From contig NC_068992.1 of NCBI RefSeq assembly GCF_001194135.2, forward strand, positions 12,387,089 through 12,451,088: a DNA stretch of 64,000 bases, read 5' to 3'. The notes beneath the pieces are model-generated. The model had not been told where the DNA came from, made no database searches, and saw only the letters and a program-made list of their open reading frames with translations. The DNA comes from Octopus bimaculoides. Its lineage: Eukaryota. Positions 1-13,149 of this stretch are shown here, one piece after another. How positions within the stretch are numbered: position 1 is the first letter of the stretch; each line of letters begins with the position of its first letter. The position numbers and the translations under genes were made by a program.

Positions 1-372
1 CAATAGATTTTCGAAGCCAGTATTGCTGCAGCATTTAAGAATGATCTGTTAAATCGCTAATACTAAATATAATTCAAAAATTTAAAAATTTAAAAATCTT
101 CTCACAATCATTTATAAACCTCATTAAGAACAAAGAAAATATACTTTTAATTGCAGAAATAAACTGAATTACGTAATATGTATATTATAAAGTTATTCAA
201 TAAAGAAGACTAAATTTGATTAATTTCGTTTAACATACTTGTTCTGTTTGTCTGACTTTTATTTTCAATTATATTACATTCAATTATTATACACATTCGT
301 TTCTTATTCGTAAGAAATATAGGGTAATAAATAAAAACAAGTAATTTTTCGCATTACTTAGGTGTTGCTGTC

Positions 373-416
373 CGGGGAATATTGCCATATCGGGGAATAT
401 TGCCATATCGGGGAAT
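373..416. repeat. 18-bp tandem repeat (CGGGGAATATTGCCATAT x~2.5)
   Basis: Exact units at 373-390 and 391-408, partial unit at 409-416. Confidence 0.95.
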
Positions 417-541
417 TTCGTTACGTAAGACTTATTTTGCCAATCAGTTCCATGTTAGGACGTCATTTGATTTCTGGCAGGTTTCTTTCAAGAAATATAT
501 GAAAGCGTTTTATGAATGAAAATATTTTTTACCGGAGACTG

Positions 542-795
<254 letters not shown>

Positions 796-904
796 AGCTG
801 TGGAAGCGCTGTTGGCGCATGCGAAAATGGCCGGCGTCATCAAAACTGAATATAGCGTAACTAAAGAAAAATTTAAACAATAAATGAACAAAAAAAAAAC
901 AAAA

Positions 905-1250
905 AGCATGGGAATCAAAAAAATGCACGAAGGCGACATAAAAGGACAAACTGACAGTAAGTCATTCTATAAGGTATGTGCTCTCTCGCTTGCTGCCTCG
1001 GCTTTTGGTCATCGAGATGTTCCGATAGTCTGGTAACTATGAGCTTTGTAAATAGCCTCAAACATAAACTTTCTACGTCGTCCATATTTTCTCGTTCAAA
1101 TATCATATTTAACATAGAATAAGAATTTTCGAAAACTACTTTCTTCTACCACATATTATTTCAGTGTTGTTACCTCATCCTTTCCAGGGATCTTATTATT
1201 GTTCATCAGTATTAAATTATTCTTTATTCACCGAGGAGAACGGTAAAAGG
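905..1250 (-). mobile_element. Degraded RTE-clade LINE reverse transcriptase fragment
   Basis: Minus-strand peptides MNNNKIPGKDEVTT, LFTKLIVTRLSEHLDDQKPRQQA and YVAFVHFFDS resemble RTE RT motifs (MKNNKAPG.D.IT.E; KLFTKII..RL...LD.QQPREQAGFR; AFIDYEKAFDS). Frameshifts and stops present. Confidence 0.7.
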
Positions 1251-2685
1251 CATGGTTAGAATTTTGTTCACTTTCGATCTATTTACATTTTCATACATGT
1301 TTTCTGTTTCAAAATTCTGCTTCTCTGTCCAATCCTGATATTAATATTCATAATGCGCAAGTTCCTGAAGTGCAGAGTTTCATTCGTCTAAGTGATGCCT
1401 CAGTATAGTACAGTCCATTACCTGGTGTATGCTGTATCTTGATGTCTATTTATTGTAGCAATTTTTATGGTCTTTATGCACTTTTTAAATGGAATTTCAA
1501 ACATTGTCCTACGTTTGTGATACTGTTTATATAGATTATGCTACACAAATCAGTGATGTACAAAATTATCTGAACTATCAATTAGATTCAATGGGCACCG
1601 CAAAGTTGTATAGATAGAGTGTTCAAATACTGAAATCAACATTAAAGATAGAATATAAAATCAAATTAAGGATAGAGCTATTATCGTATATCAATGCGTA
1701 AATATTTAGCAGTTGTATCGAAAGTACTATTTCGGTGCAAAGCGATTAGCGGGCAAAGATTGATGAAAATAAAAAAAATCAGTTATACTTCGATAACTCA
1801 TATAATGATATATAAGTACAGCTAAAAGGAAATATTGGAAAATAGGATAAAGTCGCACACACAAATTCACACATATAGATGTATGCATTCATATATTAAA
1901 CTCTGTCTTTCTCTCTGTCTAACTATTTATCTATGAATCTATCTACAATAAATTTTCATGCACGGATATTACAGCAGTTGCACAAGCATGTACACGTGAG
2001 CTGCATCGTTCTGCAACCTTCCAAATTATACATGGCAGTTCTCAGAGAAAAAGAAAGAAATGAAAAATCTTGGAGGGAAGGCGATAAGATTTGTATCTTT
2101 TTGACCTGTTGGAAGCGGAATTCATAATGGCCGGTTTGGATTAATTCGACGGGTAAATGTTACAGTTTGTAACATTATCTACCTAACCAGGAGACAGTTG
2201 TGTTTTCTAGTTGAAGGAAAGAAAGTTGACAAGATGCTCACATTTTGTGAAAATTTCCGATCTCGAATACCGTTGGTTGGCTAAAGTTCCTAAATTTAAG
2301 AAGGATATGTGTTCTTTCAGCTATACAAACACTGCATTACGACAAGGTTTTTCTGTCGGATTGATAAACACAAAGCTATTCGGATAACACATAGAGTCTT
2401 ATATATTTTAAACTTTCCCTATCGAATAAGCCAACCATTGTTAATTCTAATTCAAACAACAAAACAGATACCTGCTTGTCTCTAACCCGTTAAGTTCACT
2501 TATTTCCTTTTTTTTTTTCACTTATTTTTGGCTTCATTATTTATCATTCTGTCTTTCATTTTCTCAGAAAGCAGCCATGTTTATTTTCAGCATCAATAAT
2601 TGGAGGATACTACACAACACATTATAAAGACTTCCCCGATTACTGCTGAGTCGGAGTGTGGAATCTGAAAAAGCATACCTTAAAA

Positions 2686-2778
2686 TACAGTAGTACCTCG
2701 GTTTTCGAGCACCTCTGATCACGATTAAACCTCCTGTCTTTCTCATATTCATTTAATGCAGTAGTTCCTCGGTTTACG
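2686..2778 (+). mobile_element. Possible pogo/Tigger-type DNA transposon terminal sequence(s)
   Basis: TA|CAGTAGTACCTCGGTT at 2686-2703 and CAGTAGTTCCTCGGTT at 2759-2774 resemble Tigger/pogo TIR starts. The partner TIR is not visible because a gap follows. Confidence 0.35.
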
Positions 2779-3762
2779 NNNNNNNNNNNNNNNNNNNNNN
2801 NNNNNNNNNNNNNNNNNNNNNNNNNNNNNNNNNNNNNNNNNNNNNNNNNNNNNNNNNNNNNNNNNNNNNNNNNNNNNNNNNNNNNNNNNNNNNNNNNNNN
2901 NNNNNNNNNNNNNNNNNNNNNNNNNNNNNNNNNNNNNNNNNNNNNNNNNNNNNNNNNNNNNNNNNNNNNNNNNNNNNNNNNNNNNNNNNNNNNNNNNNNN
3001 NNNNNNNNNNNNNNNNNNNNNNNNNNNNNNNNNNNNNNNNNNNNNNNNNNNNNNNNNNNNNNNNNNNNNNNNNNNNNNNNNNNNNNNNNNNNNNNNNNNN
3101 NNNNNNNNNNNNNNNNNNNNNNNNNNNNNNNNNNNNNNNNNNNNNNNNNNNNNNNNNNNNNNNNNNNNNNNNNNNNNNNNNNNNNNNNNNNNNNNNNNNN
3201 NNNNNNNNNNNNNNNNNNNNNNNNNNNNNNNNNNNNNNNNNNNNNNNNNNNNNNNNNNNNNNNNNNNNNNNNNNNNNNNNNNNNNNNNNNNNNNNNNNNN
3301 NNNNNNNNNNNNNNNNNNNNNNNNNNNNNNNNNNNNNNNNNNNNNNNNNNNNNNNNNNNNNNNNNNNNNNNNNNNNNNNNNNNNNNNNNNNNNNNNNNNN
3401 NNNNNNNNNNNNNNNNNNNNNNNNNNNNNNNNNNNNNNNNNNNNNNNNNNNNNNNNNNNNNNNNNNNNNNNNNNNNNNNNNNNNNNNNNNNNNNNNNNNN
3501 NNNNNNNNNNNNNNNNNNNNNNNNNNNNNNNNNNNNNNNNNNNNNNNNNNNNNNNNNNNNNNNNNNNNNNNNNNNNNNNNNNNNNNNNNNNNNNNNNNNN
3601 NNNNNNNNNNNNNNNNNNNNNNNNNNNNNNNNNNNNNNNNNNNNNNNNNNNNNNNNNNNNNNNNNNNNNNNNNNNNNNNNNNNNNNNNNNNNNNNNNNNN
3701 NNNNNNNNNNNNNNNNNNNNNNNNNNNNNNNNNNNNNNNNNNNNNNNNNNNNNNNNNNNNNN

Positions 3763-3795
<33 letters not shown>

Positions 3796-4099
3796 CACAC
3801 ATATGTATATGTGTGTGCCTGTGTGTGGTGTGTAGTTTATGTATATATATATAATGTATAATATATCGTATTATATACACACATATACATATGCATATGT
3901 AATTGTACAATTGCGCACATACAATTGCGTATAAACGTATGAATGTGGTGGTATTTTTTATTCATATACTTACATATATATATATATTTGTATAATATAC
4001 TTGTATGTATATGTATATATAGAGTGTATATATCTATATATATACACACAAATGTACAAATATGTGTATATGTGTATATGTGTTTGAACATCTGTGTTT

Positions 4100-4140
4100 C
4101 TGTTCGTATGTCAGTGTGTGTGTGTGTGTGTGTGTGAGCG

Positions 4141-4232
<92 letters not shown>
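4100..4232. repeat. Compound microsatellite (TG)n-(AGAT)n-(AG)n-(AGAC)n
   Basis: Read directly. Confidence 0.95.
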
Positions 4233-5045
4233 GGTAGATGGAGAAAAATTTACCTATCTTTGTATATATAAAAGTCCTAGCGAAACTTGAACTAAGTGGA
4301 TATATAACTTCAATTTTTAGCGTTTTGTAGACCGAATATGCTATAGATCTATTTGGTTTCTATTCCAGTCTCTTTCTCTTCCGACAGTAAGATTCTTATT
4401 TCTTGTCTACAGTTTAGTCACTAGATCATGGGTTTTACAATGCATGATGCTCTCCGTTTAGCATATTTTCCCTAACTCTAATCCACATCTCTCCTGAATT
4501 NNNNNNNNNNNNNNNNNNNNNNNNNNNNNNNNNNNNNNNNNNNNNNNNNNNNNNNNNNNNNNNNNNNNNNNNNNNNNNNNNNNNNNNNNNNNNNNNNNNN
4601 NNNNNNNNNNNNNNNNNNNNNNNNNNNNNNNNNNNNNNNNNNNNNNNNNNNNNNNNNNNNNNNNNNNNNNNNNNNNNNNNNNNNNNNNNNNNNNNNNNNN
4701 NNNNNNNNNNNNNNNNNNNNNNNNNNNNNNNNNNNNNNNNNNNNNNNNNNNNNNNNNNNNNNNNNNNNNNNNNNNNNNNNNNNNNNNNNNNNNNNNNNNN
4801 NNNNNNNNNNNNNNNNNNNNNNNNNNNNNNNNNNNNNNNNNNNNNNNNNNNNNNNNNNNNNNNNNNNNNNNNNNNNNNNNNNNNNNNNNNNNNNNNNNNN
4901 NNNNNNNNNNNNNNNNNNNNNNNNNNNNNNNNNNNNNNNNNNTATATATATGCATACATATGTGTGTGTGTTTCTGTGTGTTATAATAATAATAACAAAA
5001 ATAACAATAATAACAATAGTAATAATAATAATAATAATAATAATT

Positions 5046-5206
5046 TTTTGTCAGTCTTTACGTTATGAGTTCAAATCCCGCCGAGGTTGACTTTGCCTTT
5101 CATCCTTTCGGAGTCGATAAATTAAATACCTGTTGCGTACTGGAGTCGATATAATCGACTGGTCCCCTCCTCCAAGATTTCGGGCCTTGTGCCTAGAGTA
5201 GAAAAG
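5046..5206 (+). mobile_element. Octopus-type tRNA-derived SINE, family A (5'-truncated)
   Basis: B-box-like GAGTTCAAATCCC then GCCGAGGTTGACTTTGCCTTTCATCCTTTCGGAGTCGATAA. The same core recurs at 11.2, 12.6, 29.4, 33.2, 60.0 and 60.8 kb. Confidence 0.85.
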
Positions 5207-5418
5207 CATAAATAAAGAAAAGGTTCATTACGTTATATGATAGAGAAAAGAAACTGCTGGAGTTGAAATACATATTAAAAGAGGAGACAGTAATAGGGAA
5301 AGGAAGAGAATTAATAGAAACTCATGTTAATCGATTAATAACTTTTAGAGGAGATACATGCATGTTCGGCAGAATGATGGTCACGGAGTTATTTATAGAA
5401 TAGAGTTAATGAGGCAAT

Positions 5419-5485
5419 GTTCTGCTGATGAAAGTAGGGTCGACATGAAGTTTAGCTGCCGAAACAGAACCAACGAGGTTAGTGC
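5419..5485 (+). ncRNA. Degenerate hammerhead-like motif
   Basis: CTGATGA (5425-5431), A, stem II AGTAG/CTGCC (one mismatch), GAAAC (5461-5465). No valid NUH triplet found. Confidence 0.3.
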
Positions 5486-5779
5486 CGTAGTTGGAGCAGA
5501 GAAAGAACACGGGCAAAGGCTTCAGCCTACACGTGTCAGCAGTATTCCATGCAAGAGTGAATAAGAAATCTATCATGTTCAAAATTGTATTTGAAGAAAC
5601 GATAATGAGAGGAGTCGTATGTGTATGCCTCGCAATGTATGCATGTATATACATGTACACGTACGTATGTATATGTGCGTATCGTTGTGTTTAAAAGAGC
5701 ATGCTCTTAAAGAAGCACACACAAACACACACATTTCAGAAGAGACATTTATTAATATCAATGCAGTACACAACTCTAA

Positions 5780-6890
5780 AATGCTTCAAAATAGAATCAT
5801 CTGACTCCAACGCATTGTTGTAGCGCTACAGCCACTACGTGATGGCCTCCAGTATGAAGGTATCCACGCGGTCATCTTCTATCTCTTCAAAACGACTGCT
5901 CCTGAAGTTCTCCTGAAGCTTTGCGGAACAACAAATGTCAGGTCTGGATTAAGGGAAACGAAGGGGAAGATTTGATGCCCATAATTGTTAACCCGGATGA
6001 TATGGTGGACCGGTGAATTGACTTGGTGCAGGTATCACCGGCCCGAATGAAAGCGGTCTGACCTTTTGCAACAAAATTTCTTCCTGAACTCCCTCAAACT
6101 TCCACTAAATGTTTGGTTGGCCGCCTCCATGAAAGTACTTACTAAATATATCTGATACCTTTACTGTTAAGAAAGAGGCACCTCATGACTTCCTGGTGGA
6201 CTTTCTTTGCCTGGCTTTCATAGGTCTAAGGGAGCCACCTGGCTTCGTTTGGGGACATTGTCTCTTGATGTCTTGTTCATAAGATGAGGTTCAGATTTTG
6301 TCACAGGTCGCTAGAGACTCAGGTACTTTTGGATTGAAAGCAATGAGCTCAACTATCTGCCTGCTTTCACCAACGTGTCTACCCATCTGTTCGCAAATGA
6401 GCACACTGAGAAAACATTTTTAACAATTTTGCGCATGTTCAGATCTTCATGAATAACTGTGCACAATTGCCACAATTGTCTTTATTGTCAAACAGTTTAC
6501 TTATTGTCTTTAGAGACACATAACGGTGATTGTGAATTTTCTGAACCAGTTCTGGTGTTCGGACGTTCTCTCCTTCCCATCGCCTCTCACCTCCTCTCTA
6601 CCGTCCTTGGAACTCTTGCACCAGAAAAAAAAAACAGATGCTCTACTCCTAGATATTAATCCATAAGCAATGTGGAGTCTTTCCAATGTTTCTGGAGCTT
6701 TTTTTCCCCACTTTAACACGAAATTTTATTCCATACCGAGCTTCCAAATTATCTTCAGGTCACGGCTGCATTCTCCCAGCTAGTCAGCCGTGTCAAGCAA
6801 TGTTTAACAGAGTGCGTTCCAAGTGCTGTTACAGCAGACTCCGTCAATCTGGAATAACAAAAGCTAACAGGTCAGATTATTAAATCTATA
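5780..6890 (-). mobile_element. Mariner (DD34D-type) transposon, full-length but inactivated transposase
   Basis: Minus strand gives LEARYGIKFRVKVGKKAPETLERLHIAYG..SRASVFFW (N-terminal HTH), TCDKI*TSSYEQDIKRQ (TCDESW motif), YLHQVNSPVH (HQDNAP motif) and KLQENFRSSRFEEIED. Many stops and frameshifts. Confidence 0.9.
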
Positions 6891-8849
6891 TATCGTATAT
6901 AGATTATTAATGTATATTAATTCAATTTTATAACTGCCTCTCCTAAAAACAGTCTGCAACATTCCGGAATGTACCTCGTACACATCCGCATACGCACATA
7001 CGCTTACGTGCGCGTGCGCACAGAGACACGAACACATACATACACGCGCACGCACACAAACACACGCACACACACACACACTCATACGCACATGTATGCA
7101 TAGACGCATTTTTAAGTTGTTCTGTCATAAATAATAAAACTCATAAACACATGCACATATAGACACGTACCCGTGCATGTGTGTACGTGTGCGTGTATGT
7201 GTGCGTGAGTGTGCGTGTGTGTGCGGTCGTGTGTGTGCATGTGTGTGTGTGCGTGAATGCTTGTTTATGTATCCTTAATCACATATATACATTAGACGTG
7301 TATTTAAATCATTGTGCTTGTTCCCGAAATTAAAAGCATGTCTGCTCGCTCAATGTGGTATATTGATATACGATATGATAGCTGATACTTTGTGCGTAAT
7401 GGTCAAATTATTCAGATATATGAATGAATAATACATTTGATATAATTTCCCATACACACGTATGTAGCTTTATGATTCTCTACAACGGAGTACAATGAAT
7501 GCCAATCGAGACGGTATTTACAATAACCGGAGATACTTAAGCAGAGGCGGAATAATTCTGATTACTAGAACTCTTCTGTAGGTGTAGATGAACTCTGATT
7601 ATGAGCGTGTTTATTGTATACATTTGCGTAAAGTTATCTACATATGTATGAGTATGTATGAGTGCTTGATAGTGTCGGTGTACGTAGGCATGTTTATCTC
7701 TGGGTAGGTGAAGGTAGATTTTAGTGAGAATACAGAATAAAATTTCAAACGTTTCGAGAAATTAAATTTCAGCTCCAACAGTTTGAGGTTAATACAGTCG
7801 ACAACTTTCCAACACACGTTAGTACGAAACCATAGCACACGGCTTTACTGTATTGAATTAGACCATGCCAAAGTCAGAAACATTAGAAGAAGAGGGAATC
7901 CACCGAAATTGTAATATAACAGTAACGTTGAATACACTGTATATTTCAACTTGTAGTCGAAGAAAAGACAGAGTATGAAAACTGAAGCTTTCAGAAAACA
8001 GTAAAAGGAGGATGCTAATTCTGGAAAAATTTCAAAGAAATGTGTAAACTTGCTGCATATCATTGTGGAATATGATGGTGAGAAACGTAAAGAATTTATC
8101 ATAAATTCTGCAGTAAAATTTTCCCAAGAAATTTAAGTATTAAGTTTGAAACTATTCAACCAGATGACTGATTTGAACGTCATGATTATAAACATGAAGC
8201 GCGTTAAGCATTTACATGGCACATGCATTTGTCAGCTGAATATTATTGCAGAAGTTTAACGTTCATGTTCAGGATATCACCAAAAGAAATTGCGGTCACG
8301 TATCTTCAATGCATCAACAGAATGCCGCTGGTGAACAGCATTTCCAGCATTATAATAAATAGCCACGACAACGACGGCGATGACGCTGTTTGTGATAAGT
8401 CTCACCAGGGTAATTTCGTAGGTTGAGTAACGCATACATGGTTATATAAAAGTTTGTGAAAACGTGGAGATGTAAAGAAATAAATTGACAAAATAAATAA
8501 TGTATATGTACAAAAATTCATAGATATGGACATAGCAAGATGTTGCCCATAGAGTGTTGAAAATTATCCATGTAGGATGGATATGGGCACTATGTGTATT
8601 TCTGCTGATGTAAACCTCCAGAAGATGATGTAGCACCTTTGAAGATATTTGCGTTGGAATGTCTAAAAAGCCTTGAATTTGCAATGAGAATGCTTATTTT
8701 TCAGTATTTGACAATGTTTTTTCAAAAGTAACCTATCGCTAGATGTATTTTGCAATCGCATATGCCCTACCTTCCATAGAGTACGACAGCATGATTTTCA
8801 TATGTCTGTGTATGTGCCTGTGTGCGCGTGTGTACATGAAATAATATCA

Positions 8850-9130
8850 CGAGATCTCGTGATCGACCAGACTACTGAATTTTATACAGCGTTTGTCAAA
8901 ACGTGCTTTTGCATCGGCTTCATCTTTCGAAAGATGCGACCCCATTGACCAGGTGAGCAGGCCAACATTCCTCTTCGTCAGAAGGTTAGTCCGTACCAGT
9001 GTTACTCATTTACAGAAGAGTGAACTGGAGCAACGTGAAATTAAGTGTTTTGCTCAAGAACATAACCCACCTTTGCCTCCGGGATGGAACGCATCATCCA
9101 GCGATGGTGAGTTCAGCACCATAAGCACTA
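8850..9130 (-). mobile_element. tRNA-derived SINE, family C (V/Meta-like central domain)
   Basis: GAGTGAACTGGAGCAACGTGAAATTAAGTGTTTTGCTCAAGAACA is the reverse complement of a TGTYCTTGAGCAARACACTT-type core. It matches copies at 45.1, 54.5 and 61.1 kb. Confidence 0.65.
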
Positions 9131-11194
9131 AGACACGAGCATACATGCGCACACGCACCCACACATATACACGCACACTAACGCACGCACGCACACACAT
9201 ATATATAATCAAATCAGTGTGAGTATGCGTCTGTGTGCGTATGTGTATCTCTATTCAAGATATACTAGACTGGAATAAAAGTAAGGGTCACACAGTATTT
9301 TATACCATTATGTTAAATGAAGTATTCACTATTCCACTGATCATCGCGAATGAGAACCATCGAAAACAGTTTTATCAAGCTAAAACTTTGTTCATACCTG
9401 CATACACACACGAACACACACGCACACGAACACACACGCACACGAACACACACACACAAACACATCTTGGTATGTGTATGTGCGTATACATGTGTATGTG
9501 CGTATACATGTGTATACGGGAGCAATTATATATCTATGCATGTATGTGTGTATACTCTAACGCCTAAAGAATATATATACAATATATGTGTGCATTTGTG
9601 TGTGTGTATATATATATATATATNNNNNNNNNNNNNNNNNNNNNNNNNNNNNNNNNNNNNNNNNNNNNNNNNNNNNNNNNNNNNNNNNNNNNNNNNNNNN
9701 NNNNNNNNNNNNNNNNNNNNNNNNNNNNNNNNNNNNNNNNNNNNNNNNNNNNNNNNNNNNNNNNNNNNNNNNNNNNNNNNNNNNNNNNNNNNNNNNNNNN
9801 NNNNNNNNNNNNNNNNNNNNNNNNNNNNNNNNNNNNNNNNNNNNNNNNNNNNNNNNNNNNNNNNNNNNNNNNNNNNNNNNNNNNNNNNNNNNNNNNNNNN
9901 NNNNNNNNNNNNNNNNNNNNNNNNNNNNNNNNNNNNNNNNNNNNNNNNNNNNNNNNNNNNNNNNNNNNNNNNNNNNNNNNNNNNNNNNNNNNNNNNNNNN
10001 NNNNNNNNNNNNNNNNNNNNNNNNNNNNNNNNNNNNNNNNNNNNNNNNNNNNNNNNNNNNNNNNNNNNNNNNNNNNNNNNNNNNNNNNNNNNNNNNNNNN
10101 NNNNNNNNNNNNNNNNNNNNNNNNNNNNNNNNNNNNNNNNNNNNNNNNNNNNNNNNNNNNNNNACTTGAGGACAAATTGAGAGAGTTAATTTTGATTTAA
10201 ATCCTGTAACACACATGCACACGCGCGCAAACACACGCATATATATTCATATAGTTTGTGTGTGTGTTTGTGTGTATGTGAGTGTTTTGAAGCATATATA
10301 ACTGCATTCATATGCATATACGTAGATACATTTATATTTATACAGAGAGAGAAATAAACATATAGATAGATAATTCACACTCAGACACGTGTGAAAGAGA
10401 GAGAGAGAGGGAGAAAGAAACAAAAGGAGAAACAGGTACACACACACACACATATATATAGATAGATAGCTATTTCACTCTCTCTCTCTTTCTCTCACTC
10501 TCTCTATGTTTCACTCTCACACACACAGACATTGGTTGAGTGTGTGTGTTTGTACGTGTGCGCATATGCGAGCTTGCTTGTATGGCCTCAATGCTATCTA
10601 AGTGATACCTGATAATTTTTAGTTTTTGTCTACTCTTAGGACCACGAGTTTTGATCTGTTTGGCGGTATTAATTCCACTTAATTTCCTGCTTCAATGGTC
10701 ATTCTGAGATAAGTTACCAACATCAAATGGAGTATTCCTAACAAAGCCATTTCTTACTCACCGGGCGCTTGATACTCGCAACACTCTCTCCACCAGAGAT
10801 GTAAACATCCACCAAGAAGATGCCGTATCTACCAGCTGGAAGAATGACCCCTCTTATTGACACCAGCAGCAGTATACCCTGACAAAGAACTTCAATAGTT
10901 TAGTAGCTGAGAACCAAGTCGAAGCGGACGCTCATATATATAAACAGTACAGCCCTTATAATACAGTCCACCCATGCCGGGTATGCAACTTCAACTATAA
11001 CCCAATACCATTAGGTTTTGTTATCTCTACGTATAAATTACTACGGCGCCCACGGAACGTAGAGACCCATGATTCTGTGTCCAACTATTATTAAATACAT
11101 CTAAAGCCACCCGAATACATTGTTTCTTTTGCCTACAGACAAAAACACACACATACATACATACGTACATACATACATACATACATACATTGGT

Positions 11195-11395
11195 TTCAAA
11201 TTCTAACAAAAGCCCACCAGTTTCTTGGGGAAGGGGTAAGCCTATTGCAACTGATACTTATATTATCGCCCCCCCCCCGAAAGGATGAAAGGCAACGTCG
11301 GCCTCGCTGGAATTTGAACTCAGAATGTAAAGACGGACAAAATGCCGCTAAGAATTATACCCGACGTGCTAACCACTCTACCATTACGCTGCCTT
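11195..11395 (-). mobile_element. SINE family A
   Basis: CGAAAGGATGAAAGGCAACGTCGGCCTCGCTGGAATTTGAACTCAGAA is the reverse complement of the family A core. Confidence 0.8.
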
Positions 11396-12619
11396 CATGT
11401 ATGCGTGTTTGTGTGTGCGCACGAGCTTGTGTTTGTCTCTCAATATATGTACATGTACATATAAATATATTTCTGTGTGTGTATCTATGTGTCTATCTTC
11501 GTGTAGGTGTGGAGTGAGACGTGTGCGTGTTTGTGTTACCTGCATCTATTGCAATTTCTATGTAAATATGTGTCGTATGAGCCGTAAATTAGAACACACG
11601 TGTTAGCGCAACCAATATTTTTAGTATATCGTCCGTTGTAGAAATTGCTTACGATTGCATTTACTTCATTGTCCGTTCCACTCCATCAATGTGAAAAGTT
11701 GGCGAAATAATAAAATAGTGGTTCTTTAAGAAAACTCCCTAATAACAAACATATTTAGATCATCGAATCAGCTTCCCCTGGTATTCTTAATTATCCATAA
11801 AGGTGTAAACCGTAATAATACAAGAAACGGAAGGAGAAGGAAGTAACACAATGTAAAAAGAATGGTAAAAATATAATAACGTCTATGATAAACATAGCTT
11901 AGCTTCTTATATCGGTTGTAAGTTTACTCATCTTTCGCTGGATGGCAACATATGCTGATGCGTAAAACTGCATTCGCCAACTATGGTAAAATGCTAGATA
12001 GCATAACGAAATCTGGCATTAAAAGGAAATACTTTCAAACGAATGAAGCATGATGTTTACCATTCTGCCTGAAGGCGGTAAAGAAAGCAAAGAGAGATAG
12101 AGACAGAGAGAGGTTGGGAGGATGAAAAAATAAAACAAATAAGTCGAAATATAACAACTGTTTTTTTTCCCTCGTTTATCTATACAATATTTTCGTTTGT
12201 TTCGTAATGTTATGCAATGTTCTGCTGTGTTTTGGCTTACCATAAAATTTTTACTTTCACACAAGAGAAGTTGGCAGAAAGGTTAGAGCTTTAGATACAC
12301 TATCTATCGCTTATTTTGTACATTCTATCTATATTTTCGGGATCAAAACAAACCTAGATTGATTGCAGCTGTTACTATTATTATCACTATGAGAGAAAAA
12401 GTTTCAAAAACAAATCTAACGAAGATTCCTATTTCAGTTATTAATAGTTAATAAATTGTTATATCATATCTTTAAAGTTTTCTTATATATTTTCACGTTA
12501 TATCTTTAAACTTTACATATTATATATATTAAACTTTTGAATGCCCACTCCCTACTGAAACACGTACAAATAATATATTCTTTTGGATATTTGTGTATAT
12601 ATTTTGCTTTATAGTATAT

Positions 12620-12800
12620 TCTGGCTAGCAATTTTAGGGAAGGTTTAATCGATTACATCGATTTGTTTTAAACTGGTATTTATTTTATCGACCCCGAAAA
12701 TATGAAAGGTAAAGTGACCCGCGCGTGGTGGAATTTTAACACGGAACCCAAAGCTAGACGAAATACCACTAAGTATTTTACTCAGCATTTTATTCGCCGC
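12620..12800 (-). mobile_element. SINE family A (diverged)
   Basis: TTTATCGACCCCGAAAATATGAAAGGTAAAGTGACC...GGAATTTTAAC matches the reverse complement of the family A core. Confidence 0.7.
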
Positions 12801-13149
12801 GATGTTTACTTGCATAAGAGTATGGGGTTTTTGAGTAATTTAGCGGTGAGACGTACAGTTCGAAAATGCAGGAGCAGTGCATATCCCTCCATGTTTTCTG
12901 AAGAATACTTTTTATGTACACAGATGAAATTACAAAAACTCAAATGACTCGCCAGAAATATTGGGCAAAACCAAATGAACATCTTTGTAACATTTGAACA
13001 AGCACGATGTGAAAATTAAATTTGCAACTGTGAAAACCCATACTCTTAGAGTCTATATATTGTTGATAGTGAGTAAGAGCACTGACAAAGTTGGAAGAAC
13101 ACTGGGAATCAACGAAGATCAGATGAGCACCTTTTTTCATTAAACTTTA

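Noticed and set aside
4260-4500. Minus-strand GLELGKIC resembling the Dong RT MEFGLDKC motif
   Set aside because: A single weak motif, truncated by a gap.
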